Of a DNA stretch of 64,000 nucleotides, positions 48,836 to 57,512 are shown one piece after another. Origin of the DNA: an uncultured Bifidobacterium sp. GTDB lineage: Bacteria; Actinomycetota; Acidimicrobiia; Acidimicrobiales; Ilumatobacteraceae. Numbering within the stretch: the stretch's first letter is position 1; each line of letters opens with the position of its first letter. The position numbers and the translations under genes were made by a program. The stretch lies in the NCBI GenBank assembly GCA_964563545.1, contig CAZLXB010000001.1, positions 80,064 to 144,063 on the forward strand. The letters run 5' to 3'. The notes under the pieces were generated by a model. It saw only the letters and a program-made list of their open reading frames with translations. It had not been told where the DNA came from and did no database searches.

Positions 48836-49333
48836 CTACTCCCGTCCTGCGCCGCGCACGATCACGGCCGATGCCCAACACGCAATTCCTTCGCGTCGGC
48901 CGAGTGCACCAAGACCCTCGGCACGCCGACCCTTCACGCTCACCGGCGCACCGACGACGCGGGAAAGTTTGGCTTGCATCGCGTTGCGATGCGGGGCGAG
49001 TTTGGGTTCTTCGCACACCACGCTGCAGTCGACGTTGCCCACCGACCAACCGTCGGCAGTGATCATGCGCACGACTTCGGCCAGCAGCACGAGTGAATCA
49101 GCGCCCCTCCACTGGGGATCGGTGTCGGGGAAGTGCTCGCCGATGTCGCCGAGACCTGCTGCTCCGAGCAGAGCGTCGGCCGCCGCATGCGCGATCACGT
49201 CGGCGTCGCTGTGACCGTGCAGACCCCGTTCACCGGAAAACGTGACTCCGCCCAGTACGAGCTGGCGCGTCGCGTCGTCGCTGAAACGATGGATGTCGAA
49301 GCCTTGTCCCACCCGAACCGCGAATTCGCTCAT
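48836..49333 (-). CDS. ispF: 2-C-methyl-D-erythritol 2,4-cyclodiphosphate synthase
   Basis: The ORF contains GQGFDIHRF...GHSDADVIAHA, the IspF metal and substrate motifs. An ATGA overlap links it to ispD. Confidence 0.9.
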   Translation of the reverse strand: MSEFAVRVGQGFDIHRFSDDATRQLVLGGVTFSGERGLHGHSDADVIAHAAADALLGAAGLGDIGEHFPDTDPQWRGADSLVLLAEVVRMITADGWSVGNVDCSVVCEEPKLAPHRNAMQAKLSRVVGAPVSVKGRRAEGLGALGRREGIACWASAVIVRGAGRE

Positions 49334-50031
49334 CGGTCGCCTCGTGTCTGAAGGTACTGACGTGCCCACTCGAGATCTTCGGGGTGAGTGATCTTGCGAT
49401 TATCGGCTTCACCGGGCACCACCACGACGGTACCGCCGATCGATTCGACGAGCGATGCATCGTCGGTTCCGTCGATGTCGGAGCGATACGCCCGACGGAG
49501 AACATCGGCGCGGAACGCTTGCGGCGTCTGTACGGCGACCATCGTCGCCCGATCGGGAGTGGTGACGACCCTCGGTATCGCTCCGGATGCCCTCGATCCG
49601 AGCGCTGAAGCCTCGACAACCTCGATCATCTTCACAGTGTCGGTCACGGGGAGTCCGGGCACGGCTCCGTCGGCTCCCTGCGCCACCGCGTCGATCACCG
49701 ATGCATACAGATGGTCCGAAGCGAAGGGGCGGGCCGCGTCGTGCACGAGGATCACCGAAGCCTCGGCCGGAACCGCGGCCAAACCGTTGCGGACGCTCGC
49801 GGTTCGGGTCGGACCACCGGCGACTCCGTTCTCCCGTTGGGCATCTTCGGCCGGCACCACCAACACCACGCCGTCGCTGCATCGGCTGGCGACCTCGAGT
49901 GAGAGGTCGACCACCCGCTGACCTCCGAGTTCGGCGAATTGCTTCAACGACCCGAAACGACGACCGGATCCACCAGCCACGACGATCGTCCATACCGAGC
50001 CGTCAACTTTCTTCGACTCGGACTTCGCCAT
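49330..50031 (-). CDS. ispD: 2-C-methyl-D-erythritol 4-phosphate cytidylyltransferase
   Basis: The ORF contains VVAGGSGRRFG and is IspD-like throughout. I chose the ATG at 50031. Confidence 0.9.
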   Translation of the reverse strand: MAKSESKKVDGSVWTIVVAGGSGRRFGSLKQFAELGGQRVVDLSLEVASRCSDGVVLVVPAEDAQRENGVAGGPTRTASVRNGLAAVPAEASVILVHDAARPFASDHLYASVIDAVAQGADGAVPGLPVTDTVKMIEVVEASALGSRASGAIPRVVTTPDRATMVAVQTPQAFRADVLRRAYRSDIDGTDDASLVESIGGTVVVVPGEADNRKITHPEDLEWARQYLQTRGDR

Positions 50032-50060
50032 ATCCAAGGAGGGTAGTACCGTTCTCCGCA

Positions 50061-50723
50061 ATGGCCTACGAGGACGTTCTCGCCCGGACCGACTTCTTCG
50101 GCGATGCGCCGACGGAAGACCTTGCCCGCATCGGAGGTCTCGGCCGCAAGCGCGTGCTGTCGCGTGGCGATCACCTCTTCGAAGCCGGCGAGGAAGCCGA
50201 GTCGATGTACATCGTTCTGAACGGCCGTATCGCCATCGCTATCGCCAACGAACTCGACAAGCGCGAGAGCATGGTCGCACTCATGGAAGCCGGCGACCTC
50301 TTCGGCGAGATGGGACTTCTCGACGAAGGTCCGCGTTCGGCCATGGCTCGGGCCATCGAGCCCAGTGAGGTTCTCGAGATCCCGTACGATCCGGTGCAAC
50401 AGCTCCTCGACGGAAACCCACGTGTCTTCCGAGGCATCGTGCGCATGCTCGCCGAGCGACTCCGCGTGATGGACGGTGCACTCGCTGATTCGGTGTTCCT
50501 CGACGTGACCGGCCGCACCGCCAAGCGACTCCTCGAGCTCGCCGGTAAGAACGACGAATTCGTTCTTCCGGTGACGCAGGAAGAACTCGCCGGGATGGTG
50601 GGCGCGTCACGCGAGCGCGTGAACAAGGCGATCAGCAGTTTCATCCGCCTCGGCTGGATCGAACAGCACGAGCGTCGCTACAAGATCCTCCTGCGCGACC
50701 GTCTCGAACTACGCGCGCGCTAG
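50061..50723 (+). CDS. Crp/Fnr-family transcriptional regulator (cNMP-binding)
   Basis: It has a cNMP-binding domain (GDHLFEAGEEAESMYIVLNGRIAI...LFGEMGLLD) and a C-terminal HTH (ELAGMVGASRERVNKAISSF). Confidence 0.85.
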   Translation: MAYEDVLARTDFFGDAPTEDLARIGGLGRKRVLSRGDHLFEAGEEAESMYIVLNGRIAIAIANELDKRESMVALMEAGDLFGEMGLLDEGPRSAMARAIEPSEVLEIPYDPVQQLLDGNPRVFRGIVRMLAERLRVMDGALADSVFLDVTGRTAKRLLELAGKNDEFVLPVTQEELAGMVGASRERVNKAISSFIRLGWIEQHERRYKILLRDRLELRAR

Positions 50724-51368
50724 AAGCCAGTCGCGTGCTCGGCTGAATGCATCAGCCGCATCGTCCTTCCGATGTGCAGGTCGGGAGACGTCGTGCGCGA
50801 AGCCGTGCTCAGCGTCGCCGTAGAACGCCAGGTCAACCCCGGTCTGTCGCAAGCGTTCGACATCGGGGTTCGGAGTCCAGGTGTCCTTTCCGCCGATCAC
50901 CGCCAGAACCCGGGAAGCGTCTCCGCTGGTGAGGTAGTCGACGGGTTCACCCTGATCGGCGCCCCGCCAGGCTTCGGGTAGGGAGATCATCCCGTAGAAG
51001 CTCGCGATGCGATCGAACACGTCGAGCGATGCGGCCTTGAAGCAATACATGCCGCCCATGCAAAAGCCGATGAGCCCAACTCGGCTGCACCCGGTTGCGG
51101 CCGCCGCCTCCCGAAGGTCACGGAACTTGTCGGCATCGCGCAACGTGGCGACGGCCGCGAATCTTGAGTCGAGATCGACATCGGCCGGCAAACCAGGGAA
51201 GGGTTCGATGGCAACCGTGCTCATCCCCCATTCAGTTGCGAAACGAGCGACATGGTCGTCGAACAATGGGCGCAACCCGAAGATGTCGGGAATGACGACG
51301 AGTCCGCGTTCGGCCCCGTCGACGCGCTCGATCTCGGCCGGGGTTCCAGAGGGAAGGGTGATCCGCAT
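50709..51368 (-). CDS. Dienelactone hydrolase family protein
   Basis: The ORF starts at the ATG at 51368 (MRITLPSG...). It has the nucleophile elbow GFCMGG and a late GAEHGF motif. Confidence 0.8.
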   Translation of the reverse strand: MRITLPSGTPAEIERVDGAERGLVVIPDIFGLRPLFDDHVARFATEWGMSTVAIEPFPGLPADVDLDSRFAAVATLRDADKFRDLREAAAATGCSRVGLIGFCMGGMYCFKAASLDVFDRIASFYGMISLPEAWRGADQGEPVDYLTSGDASRVLAVIGGKDTWTPNPDVERLRQTGVDLAFYGDAEHGFAHDVSRPAHRKDDAADAFSRARDWLLARA

Positions 51369-51559
51369 GTTGCGATCTTGCCACCTCCGACGAACAACGA
51401 GATCAGTGTTCGGGTGGCGGCGGCGAACACGATCACCGCCGCGACGAAGCGCAACAACATGGTCCGATCCGAGCCGAGGACTCTCACCGGAGGTCTCACT
51501 GGACACGCATGACTCGGCCGACGTGATGGTCGGAGATGGTCGAACGGTGCGCTGGGCGC

Positions 51560-52429
51560 ATGACCGACACATCAACGCACATCTCCCTCGCCGCCCAACG
51601 TCTCGGGGCTCTCGGACACCGATCGGGGCAAAGTCCCTTCGGCTCGAGCCTGCCGACGGCGACGCGTCTCTGGCTCGACTGGGCTGATCTTGCATCCCGT
51701 CGAATCAACATCCGCCGGGCCAACGACTGGGGCTTGCCCGGTTCACCGGTCCACCATCTCGACGAAGTTCTCGAGCGTTCGGGCTACGGCCAGGGGCCCA
51801 CCGACGAGGGCTGCGACTCATATCTTTCGCAGCTCACCGTGATCGCCAAGACCGACCAACTCGCCTGCCGCATCGTGGTGCAGAGAATTCTGCCCGGACT
51901 CATCGCCACGGCACTGCGTCGCGGCCGCATCGTTCACGAGGGGGCGTCGGGTGCCCTCGACGAGCTGTCGTCGGCAGCCTGGGTGGTGATCGCCAAGTAT
52001 CCGATCGAGCGTCGCTCACGTCGGGTGGCTGCCAACCTCTTGCGTGACATCGAGTATCACGCATTCGTTCGCGATGCCCGAACCAAGCGCGCTCGCTCCG
52101 AATTCGCAAGTGAGGCGTCCACATTGACGATTCTCGGGGCGTCGACTCCCAACCGTCGCGTGTCGTCAGTGGCCGGCGCATTCGGGAGTGATGATTCGTT
52201 CGACCCGACCGCCGATGCCGCCGAGATCACGAGCTTGCTCCACGATCTCGAGCGTTTGGGGTTACGCACCATCGACATGGAGTCCTTGCACGAGATGTTG
52301 TCGGACAAACTCAGCCCGGAATCGGCGCGCGAGGCCGGTATCTCGGCCCGGGCACTTCGTGATCGGCGGGCCAACGCCGTGCGGCGGGCTCGCGAACTCC
52401 TCAACGTCGCAGACGAAGACTGTTCATGA
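51560..52429 (+). CDS. Hypothetical protein with a weak sigma-factor-like or HTH-like character
   Basis: The 289-aa ORF has a helical core (ACRIVVQRILPGLIATALRRG...AAWVVIAKYPIERRSRRVAANLLRDIEYHAF). The C-terminal helix-rich end reads ESAREAGISARALRDRRANAVRRAREL. I recognise no family with any confidence. Confidence 0.45.
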   Translation: MTDTSTHISLAAQRLGALGHRSGQSPFGSSLPTATRLWLDWADLASRRINIRRANDWGLPGSPVHHLDEVLERSGYGQGPTDEGCDSYLSQLTVIAKTDQLACRIVVQRILPGLIATALRRGRIVHEGASGALDELSSAAWVVIAKYPIERRSRRVAANLLRDIEYHAFVRDARTKRARSEFASEASTLTILGASTPNRRVSSVAGAFGSDDSFDPTADAAEITSLLHDLERLGLRTIDMESLHEMLSDKLSPESAREAGISARALRDRRANAVRRARELLNVADEDCS

Positions 52430-54644
52430 CCACGAACACACTCGATAAAGCCATGGCCAAGCCGGCGAGGACCGGATTCATCAATCCGAGAACGGCGAGG
52501 GGAAGGGCAGCGATGTTGTAGGCGAAAGCCCAGAAGAGATTGGCGCGGATGATGCGCAAGGTCCGCCGACTCAAGTGAAGTGCCTTTGGAAGTAGCCGCA
52601 GATCACCACTCACGATCGTCAGATCTCCGGCTTCCATGGCGGCATCGGTGCCGGTTCCCATCGCAATGCCGAGATCGGCCGCCACTAGAGCCGGCGCATC
52701 GTTCACACCATCACCTACCATGCCGACGTGATGTCCGGCCGCCCGTAACTCGTCGATCACCGCCAGTTTGTCGGCCGGTAGGACTTCGGCTCGGGTGTCC
52801 GAGGAATCGATACCCACCTGTCGGGCCACGTTCTCCACGACTCCACGCGCATCACCCGACACGATCATCGGTCGGACCCCCATGCGCTGCAAGGCAGCGA
52901 TCACCGATGGTGCCTCGATTTTGGGTTCGTCACGAACCGTGAGCCGGGCCGTCGAGACACCGTCGACCACGACCTCCACCACCGTGTCGCCCGAATTCGC
53001 GTCGTCCGCCGAACGCCTCAATACAACGGCGCGCCCATCGGCCGATGCCGATACACCGACCCCGGGCTGATTCACGAAAGCATCGATGTCGACGACGGAA
53101 TCGTCGATGCCCCTCGATCGCAGGCCAATCACGATCGCTCGGGCGATCGGATGCTCACTTCGCGCCTCCACCGCACAGGCCCTGGCCAAGACGTCGATGT
53201 CGACCCCTGCGGGTTCGACCGATACCAACGACATCGCGCCGGTCGTGATCGTGCCCGTCTTGTCGAGCACCATCACATCGACGGAACGAGAAGCTTCGAG
53301 CACGTGAGCGCCCTTGATGATGATCCCTTCCCGAGCCGCACGACCGGTACCCACCAAGAGGGCAACAGGAGTGGCGAGACCGAGCGCACACGGGCAGGCG
53401 ATCACCAAGACCGACACCGCGGCCTGGAACGAACGCTCGGAATCACCAGTGACCACGAGCCACACCGCGAGAGTGAGGATCGACAAGGTGATCACCATCG
53501 GGACGAACACGGCACTCACACGGTCGGCAAGTCGTTGGACCGGGGCCTTGGCATCCTGAGCTCGCTCCACGAGACGCGACATCTGTGCCAGTACGGTGTC
53601 GCGGCCGATGCGGGACGCACGAACCAAGAGCCGACCGTTGGTGTTGAGGGTTCCGCCGGTCACGTCGTCACCCACGGCCACGTCGATCGGATTGCTCTCG
53701 CCGGTCAGAAGACTGCGATCGACCGCGCTCGCACCTTCCACGATCACCCCGTCGGTCGCGATCTTCTCGCCTGGGTGGACCACGAAGATCTCGCCGACAC
53801 CGAGCGCACCGACAGGAATGGTGGTCTCGACTCCATCACGCCACAAGGTTGCGTTTCGAGCACCCATGGTCGCCAACGCCCGAATCGCCGAGCCGGCCCG
53901 ACGCCTCGACACGAGTTCGAAATAACGACCGGCCAACAAGAAAGCCACGAGGGTCGTGGCCACCTCGAGATAGATCTCGTGATGCTCGTCGACCGACATC
54001 ACCATGCCGTCGTGCACCGAGGCACCCGAAGATCTCGGGAACAACGACATGTCCATCTTCATCCCGATCGCACCGGCACCACCGAACAAGAGGGCCCACA
54101 TGCTCCACAACATGGCCACGATCACGCCGAGTGACACGAGCGTGTCCATGGTGGTGGTGAGGTGACGGGCGTTGCGCCAAGCGGATCGATGGAAAGGAAG
54201 CGCCGACCAGCACGACACCGGAAGAGCAAACGCCAGACACACCCACTGCCAGCCATCGAACTGCCAGGCCGAGATCATCGAAATGAGCATGACCGGAATC
54301 GCACCGATCGCGGCCACCACCAGTCGACGGCGAATATCGGCGAGGTGAACCGCGTTGGCGATTTCGGTCGTCGATTCACCGAGTCCCGACGGCTCGGGGG
54401 CGACGGCACCGTAGCCGAGTCCCTCGATGGTCGAAATCAGTGCGTCGACGTCGACGTCGGCCGCGTGGACCGTGGCTTTCGAGGTCGCGTAGTTGACCGT
54501 GGCCGCCACGCCATCGATGCGATTGAGCTTCTTCTCGATTCGGGTCGCGCACGCCGCGCACGACATGCCAGTGACGGCCAGGACGACGGGGTCGTCACTG
54601 ACCGACGGCTTCGAATCCTGCTTCATCGACGGCGGTGACGACAT
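52401..54644 (-). CDS. copA: Copper-translocating P1B-type ATPase
   Basis: It has an N-terminal HMA domain (GMSCAAC), the TM CPC motif (ACPCALGLATP), DKTGT and GDGVNDAP. Confidence 0.9.
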   Translation of the reverse strand: MSSPPSMKQDSKPSVSDDPVVLAVTGMSCAACATRIEKKLNRIDGVAATVNYATSKATVHAADVDVDALISTIEGLGYGAVAPEPSGLGESTTEIANAVHLADIRRRLVVAAIGAIPVMLISMISAWQFDGWQWVCLAFALPVSCWSALPFHRSAWRNARHLTTTMDTLVSLGVIVAMLWSMWALLFGGAGAIGMKMDMSLFPRSSGASVHDGMVMSVDEHHEIYLEVATTLVAFLLAGRYFELVSRRRAGSAIRALATMGARNATLWRDGVETTIPVGALGVGEIFVVHPGEKIATDGVIVEGASAVDRSLLTGESNPIDVAVGDDVTGGTLNTNGRLLVRASRIGRDTVLAQMSRLVERAQDAKAPVQRLADRVSAVFVPMVITLSILTLAVWLVVTGDSERSFQAAVSVLVIACPCALGLATPVALLVGTGRAAREGIIIKGAHVLEASRSVDVMVLDKTGTITTGAMSLVSVEPAGVDIDVLARACAVEARSEHPIARAIVIGLRSRGIDDSVVDIDAFVNQPGVGVSASADGRAVVLRRSADDANSGDTVVEVVVDGVSTARLTVRDEPKIEAPSVIAALQRMGVRPMIVSGDARGVVENVARQVGIDSSDTRAEVLPADKLAVIDELRAAGHHVGMVGDGVNDAPALVAADLGIAMGTGTDAAMEAGDLTIVSGDLRLLPKALHLSRRTLRIIRANLFWAFAYNIAALPLAVLGLMNPVLAGLAMALSSVFVVMNSLRLRR

Positions 54645-54804
54645 CGGACCACGTGAGATCCTGCTGGCTCGACACCTTCACCACTTTGGTTTCGAGATCC
54701 ACGTCCACTTCGGTGACACCCGGGATCTTGGCGATTTCCGACGACACGGCTTGTTTGCAATGACCGCATGTCATGCCCGGGACCGAGAACGTGATGGTGC
54801 TCAT
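54595..54804 (-). CDS. copZ: Copper chaperone (HMA domain)
   Basis: The 69-aa ORF contains MSTITFSVPGMTCGHCKQAV. A GGAGG lies 7 nt upstream of the ATG at 54804. Its 3' end overlaps the copA start region. Confidence 0.85.
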   Translation of the reverse strand: MSTITFSVPGMTCGHCKQAVSSEIAKIPGVTEVDVDLETKVVKVSSQQDLTWSDVVTAVDEAGFEAVGQ

Positions 54805-54820
54805 GGTGTTTCCTCCGAGG

Positions 54821-55618
54821 TCATTCAACCGGTGGCCGCTGACGGAACGACGGTGTGCGCTTGGCCAAGAACGCGCTGATTCCCTCTTGGGCATCATCCG
54901 ACGTCGCCGCCCGGGCCATCACCTCTACCGCGTACTGGTAAGCCTCGTCTTGCGGAAGATCGATCTGGGCGTAGAACGCCTGCTTGCCGAGAGCCTTCGA
55001 ATACACCGATCCGCGCGTGGCACGAGTGAGGAGTTCGAGTACCGCCTGGTCGAGTTGGGCATCAGGAACCACCCTGTTGACGAGCCCCCAGTCGGCGGCG
55101 GTCTGCGCATCGACGGTGTCGCCGGTCATGGCCATTTCGAGAGCGCGCTTACGACCGACATTGCGAGCCACGGCCACGAGCGGCGTGTGGCAAAAGAGCC
55201 CACCCTTGCCGCCGGGGATGGCGAAGGCCGCCGATTCGGCCGCCACCGCCAGATCACAGGTGGCGACGAGTTGGCACCCGGCCGCCGTGGCCAACGCGTG
55301 TACTTGTGCGATCACCGGTTGGGGAATTCCTTGCAGCGTGTTCATCATCTCGGTACACACCGCAAACACATGTCGCGTCGACTCGAGATCGGCACCCGCC
55401 ATGTCGGCAAAGTTGTGGCCGGCGGAGAAGACCGGTCCATTGGCGGCGAGGATCACGCCATCGATATCGGAACCACCGATGCGCCGCAGAGCGTCCGTGA
55501 TCTCGAGCATCACGTCGACGGCGAGTGAGTTGCGCTTCTCGGGCCGGTCGAGCGTGAGCGTGACGAAACGACCGTTGCGTTCGACGCGGATCGACTCGTA
55601 GGCGGGGAACTCGGCCAT
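54821..55618 (-). CDS. Enoyl-CoA hydratase/isomerase (crotonase) family protein
   Basis: The 265-aa ORF contains VTLTLDRPEKRNSL and FSAGHNFADM, the crotonase oxyanion-hole region. Confidence 0.85.
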   Translation of the reverse strand: MAEFPAYESIRVERNGRFVTLTLDRPEKRNSLAVDVMLEITDALRRIGGSDIDGVILAANGPVFSAGHNFADMAGADLESTRHVFAVCTEMMNTLQGIPQPVIAQVHALATAAGCQLVATCDLAVAAESAAFAIPGGKGGLFCHTPLVAVARNVGRKRALEMAMTGDTVDAQTAADWGLVNRVVPDAQLDQAVLELLTRATRGSVYSKALGKQAFYAQIDLPQDEAYQYAVEVMARAATSDDAQEGISAFLAKRTPSFRQRPPVE

Positions 55619-55653
55619 GTCGGCATTCTTCCATCCGGCTCCGGCGGAGCCAG

Positions 55654-55726
55654 TGCCCCCTCAGGGGCTCGAACCCTGGACCAACGGATTAAAAGTCCGC
55701 TGCTCTACCGACTGAGCTAAAGGGGC
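55654..55726 (-). tRNA. tRNA-Lys (anticodon UUU)
   Basis: I folded the cloverleaf by hand. The acceptor stem is GCCCCTT/AGGGGGC, the D stem GCTC/GAGC, and the anticodon stem GCGGA/TCCGT with loop CTTTTAA. The T arm is CAGGG-TTCGAGC-CCCTG. CCA is not encoded. Confidence 0.9.
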
Positions 55727-55808
55727 GGGGGCGGAGCCGGCCCGCGCAACACGTCGCAGACCGAACCGACCGGCTTCTCAGGCTAGTTCGGAGCAGAGGA
55801 AACCGACT

Positions 55809-55825
55809 CTTAGGATTGCCGGGTG
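55809..55825 (+). promoter_or_regulatory. TAGGAT -10-like box, then 6 nt, then GTG (putative leaderless start)
   Basis: The sequence is CTTAGGATTGCC-GG-GTG. The same 12-mer and the same spacing recur at 56098-56114. Confidence 0.3.
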
Positions 55826-55901
55826 GTCCGCTTCATCCACGCCGAACACCCACGCCCGTGCGGGGTCGGTGTCCTCCAGCTACGCCGTCGGTCGTGATTC
55901 C

Positions 55902-56048
55902 GTGACCCGTGAGGCTCGCACCAAGAATGGATTTGCCCCGCGTGTGTGTGCTGCGTGCGGACGCCCCTTCGAGTGGCGTAAGAAGTGGGCGCGCGACTGG
56001 GAAAACGTTCGTTGGTGCTCAGACGCGTGTCGGCAGCGCGGAGACTGA
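55902..56048 (+). CDS. DUF2256-like zinc-ribbon small protein (absent from the ORF track because it is shorter than 60 aa)
   Basis: My manual translation is [48 protein letters not shown] followed by a stop. The CxxC...CxxxC pattern and the GRPFxWRKKW core match my memory of DUF2256. An alternative GTG start lies at 55869. Confidence 0.6.
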   Translation: MTREARTKNGFAPRVCAACGRPFEWRKKWARDWENVRWCSDACRQRGD

Positions 56049-56097
56049 CGAATCCGACACGGCCATCGAGTTGGTGGTTCGCGAGATCGGGTGCGGA

Positions 56098-56114
56098 CTT
56101 AGGATTGCCAAGTG
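56098..56114 (+). promoter_or_regulatory. TAGGAT -10-like box, then 6 nt, then the GTG start of the MoaD-like gene (putative leaderless)
   Basis: The sequence is CTTAGGATTGCC-AA-GTG. The GTG at 56112 is the start of the track ORF. Confidence 0.35.
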
Positions 56115-56381
56115 GCTCGGGTGGTCTTCACCAAAAATCTGCAACGTCATGTGCCGTGTCCCCCGACCACTGCACCCGGCACCTCGGTGCGGGCGGTCCT
56201 CGACCATGTTTTTGCCGAGAATTCTCGTTTACGCGGGTACATCGTCGATGAAAGGGGATCGCTTCGCAAGCACATGACGATCTTCGTCGACGGGCAAATA
56301 CTCCAAGACCGGCGATTGCTCAGCGACCCGGTCGGCCCGGACTCGGAGATCTACGTCATGCAGGCCCTGTCAGGAGGATGA
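56112..56381 (+). CDS. MoaD/ThiS-family ubiquitin-like beta-grasp protein (C-terminal GG)
   Basis: The 89-aa ORF ends in ...EIYVMQALSGG followed by the stop. An internal segment LRKHMTIFVDG is typical of the family. An ATGA overlap links it to the next gene. Confidence 0.65.
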   Translation: MARVVFTKNLQRHVPCPPTTAPGTSVRAVLDHVFAENSRLRGYIVDERGSLRKHMTIFVDGQILQDRRLLSDPVGPDSEIYVMQALSGG

Positions 56382-57487
56382 CCATGAGCAACACCACACT
56401 GCACATCGGAACGCGAAAGGGTTTCTTCGTCGTCGAGGGAACCGGTCGAGACGCACGAATCGTCGGCGAGCACTTCGTCGGCGACAACGTGGTGCTCTCG
56501 ACCACCGATCGCCGCGATGGCACGTGGTACGTCGTCCTCGATCACGGGCATTTCGGTATCAAGTTGCATCGCTCGGAAGATCAAGGGTCGAACTGGACCG
56601 AAGTCGCCGTTCCCGAGTACCCACCCAAGCCCGAGGGCTTCGTCGACATCTCGATGTGGGGCAACGAACGCGAGTGGGTGCTCGCCAACATCTGGTCGCT
56701 CGAACCAGCCCTCGACCGCGACGGAGCGCTGTGGTGCGGCACCGTTCCGGGTGGCCTCTTCCGATCCGAAGACCGCGGGAGTTCCTGGAACCTCGTCGAG
56801 TCGTTGTGGAGCGTCGAGAGCCGAACCCGTTGGGGTGGTGCGGGCTCCGATCAACCGGTGGTGCACACGATCAACGTCGACCCTCGCAACCCACTCTGGG
56901 TCTCGGTGGCGATCTCCGCCGGTGGTGTGTGGCGCACGAAGGACGGTGGTGCCACCTGGACTCCACACACGAAGGGTATGCACGCCGGCTACGTGCCGCC
57001 CGAGCAATCCGATTGGCCCGAACACCAGGACGCACACTGCGTCGTCCAGAGCCCGTCGTCACCCGAAGTCTTTTGGTGTCAACACCACATGGGGATCTGG
57101 AAGTCCGACAACGACTTGGAGTCATGGACGGAGCTCCATGTGGAGCCATCGTCATTCGGCTTCCCCGTGGCGGTGCATCCGCACGACGGTGACACCGCGT
57201 GGTTCGTCCCCGCACACTCCGACCAGAAGCGCGCCCCCATCGACGGCCGCGTCGTGGTGACGCGCACACGAGATGGTGGAAAGACTTTCGAGATCCTCAC
57301 CAAGGGCCTGCCGCAAGAACACGCCTACGACCTCGTGCTGCGCCACGCTCTCGACATCACCAGCGACGGAGACTCACTCGCGTTGGGCTCTACTACCGGC
57401 AACCTCTACGTGACAGATTGCCAAGGCGACGAGTGGTTCTGCGTCGCCAACAACCTGCCGCCGATCTATTCGGTCCGTTACGCGTAG
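56378..57487 (+). CDS. BNR/Asp-box repeat beta-propeller protein (sialidase-like or Ycf48-like fold)
   Basis: The 369-aa ORF has four Asp-box-like motifs: SEDQGSNW, SEDRGSSW, TKDGGATW and TRDGGKTF. Confidence 0.7.
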   Translation: MTMSNTTLHIGTRKGFFVVEGTGRDARIVGEHFVGDNVVLSTTDRRDGTWYVVLDHGHFGIKLHRSEDQGSNWTEVAVPEYPPKPEGFVDISMWGNEREWVLANIWSLEPALDRDGALWCGTVPGGLFRSEDRGSSWNLVESLWSVESRTRWGGAGSDQPVVHTINVDPRNPLWVSVAISAGGVWRTKDGGATWTPHTKGMHAGYVPPEQSDWPEHQDAHCVVQSPSSPEVFWCQHHMGIWKSDNDLESWTELHVEPSSFGFPVAVHPHDGDTAWFVPAHSDQKRAPIDGRVVVTRTRDGGKTFEILTKGLPQEHAYDLVLRHALDITSDGDSLALGSTTGNLYVTDCQGDEWFCVANNLPPIYSVRYA

Positions 57488-57512
57488 ATAGATCTTTCGA
57501 CTCGATCGTCGA

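Noticed and set aside
55909-56277. The 122-aa and 88-aa plus-strand ORFs (55909..56277 and 55985..56251) listed in the track.
   Set aside because: They overlap the much better supported DUF2256 frame and the MoaD-like gene. Their sequences are Arg/Ser/Pro-rich and lack any motif.
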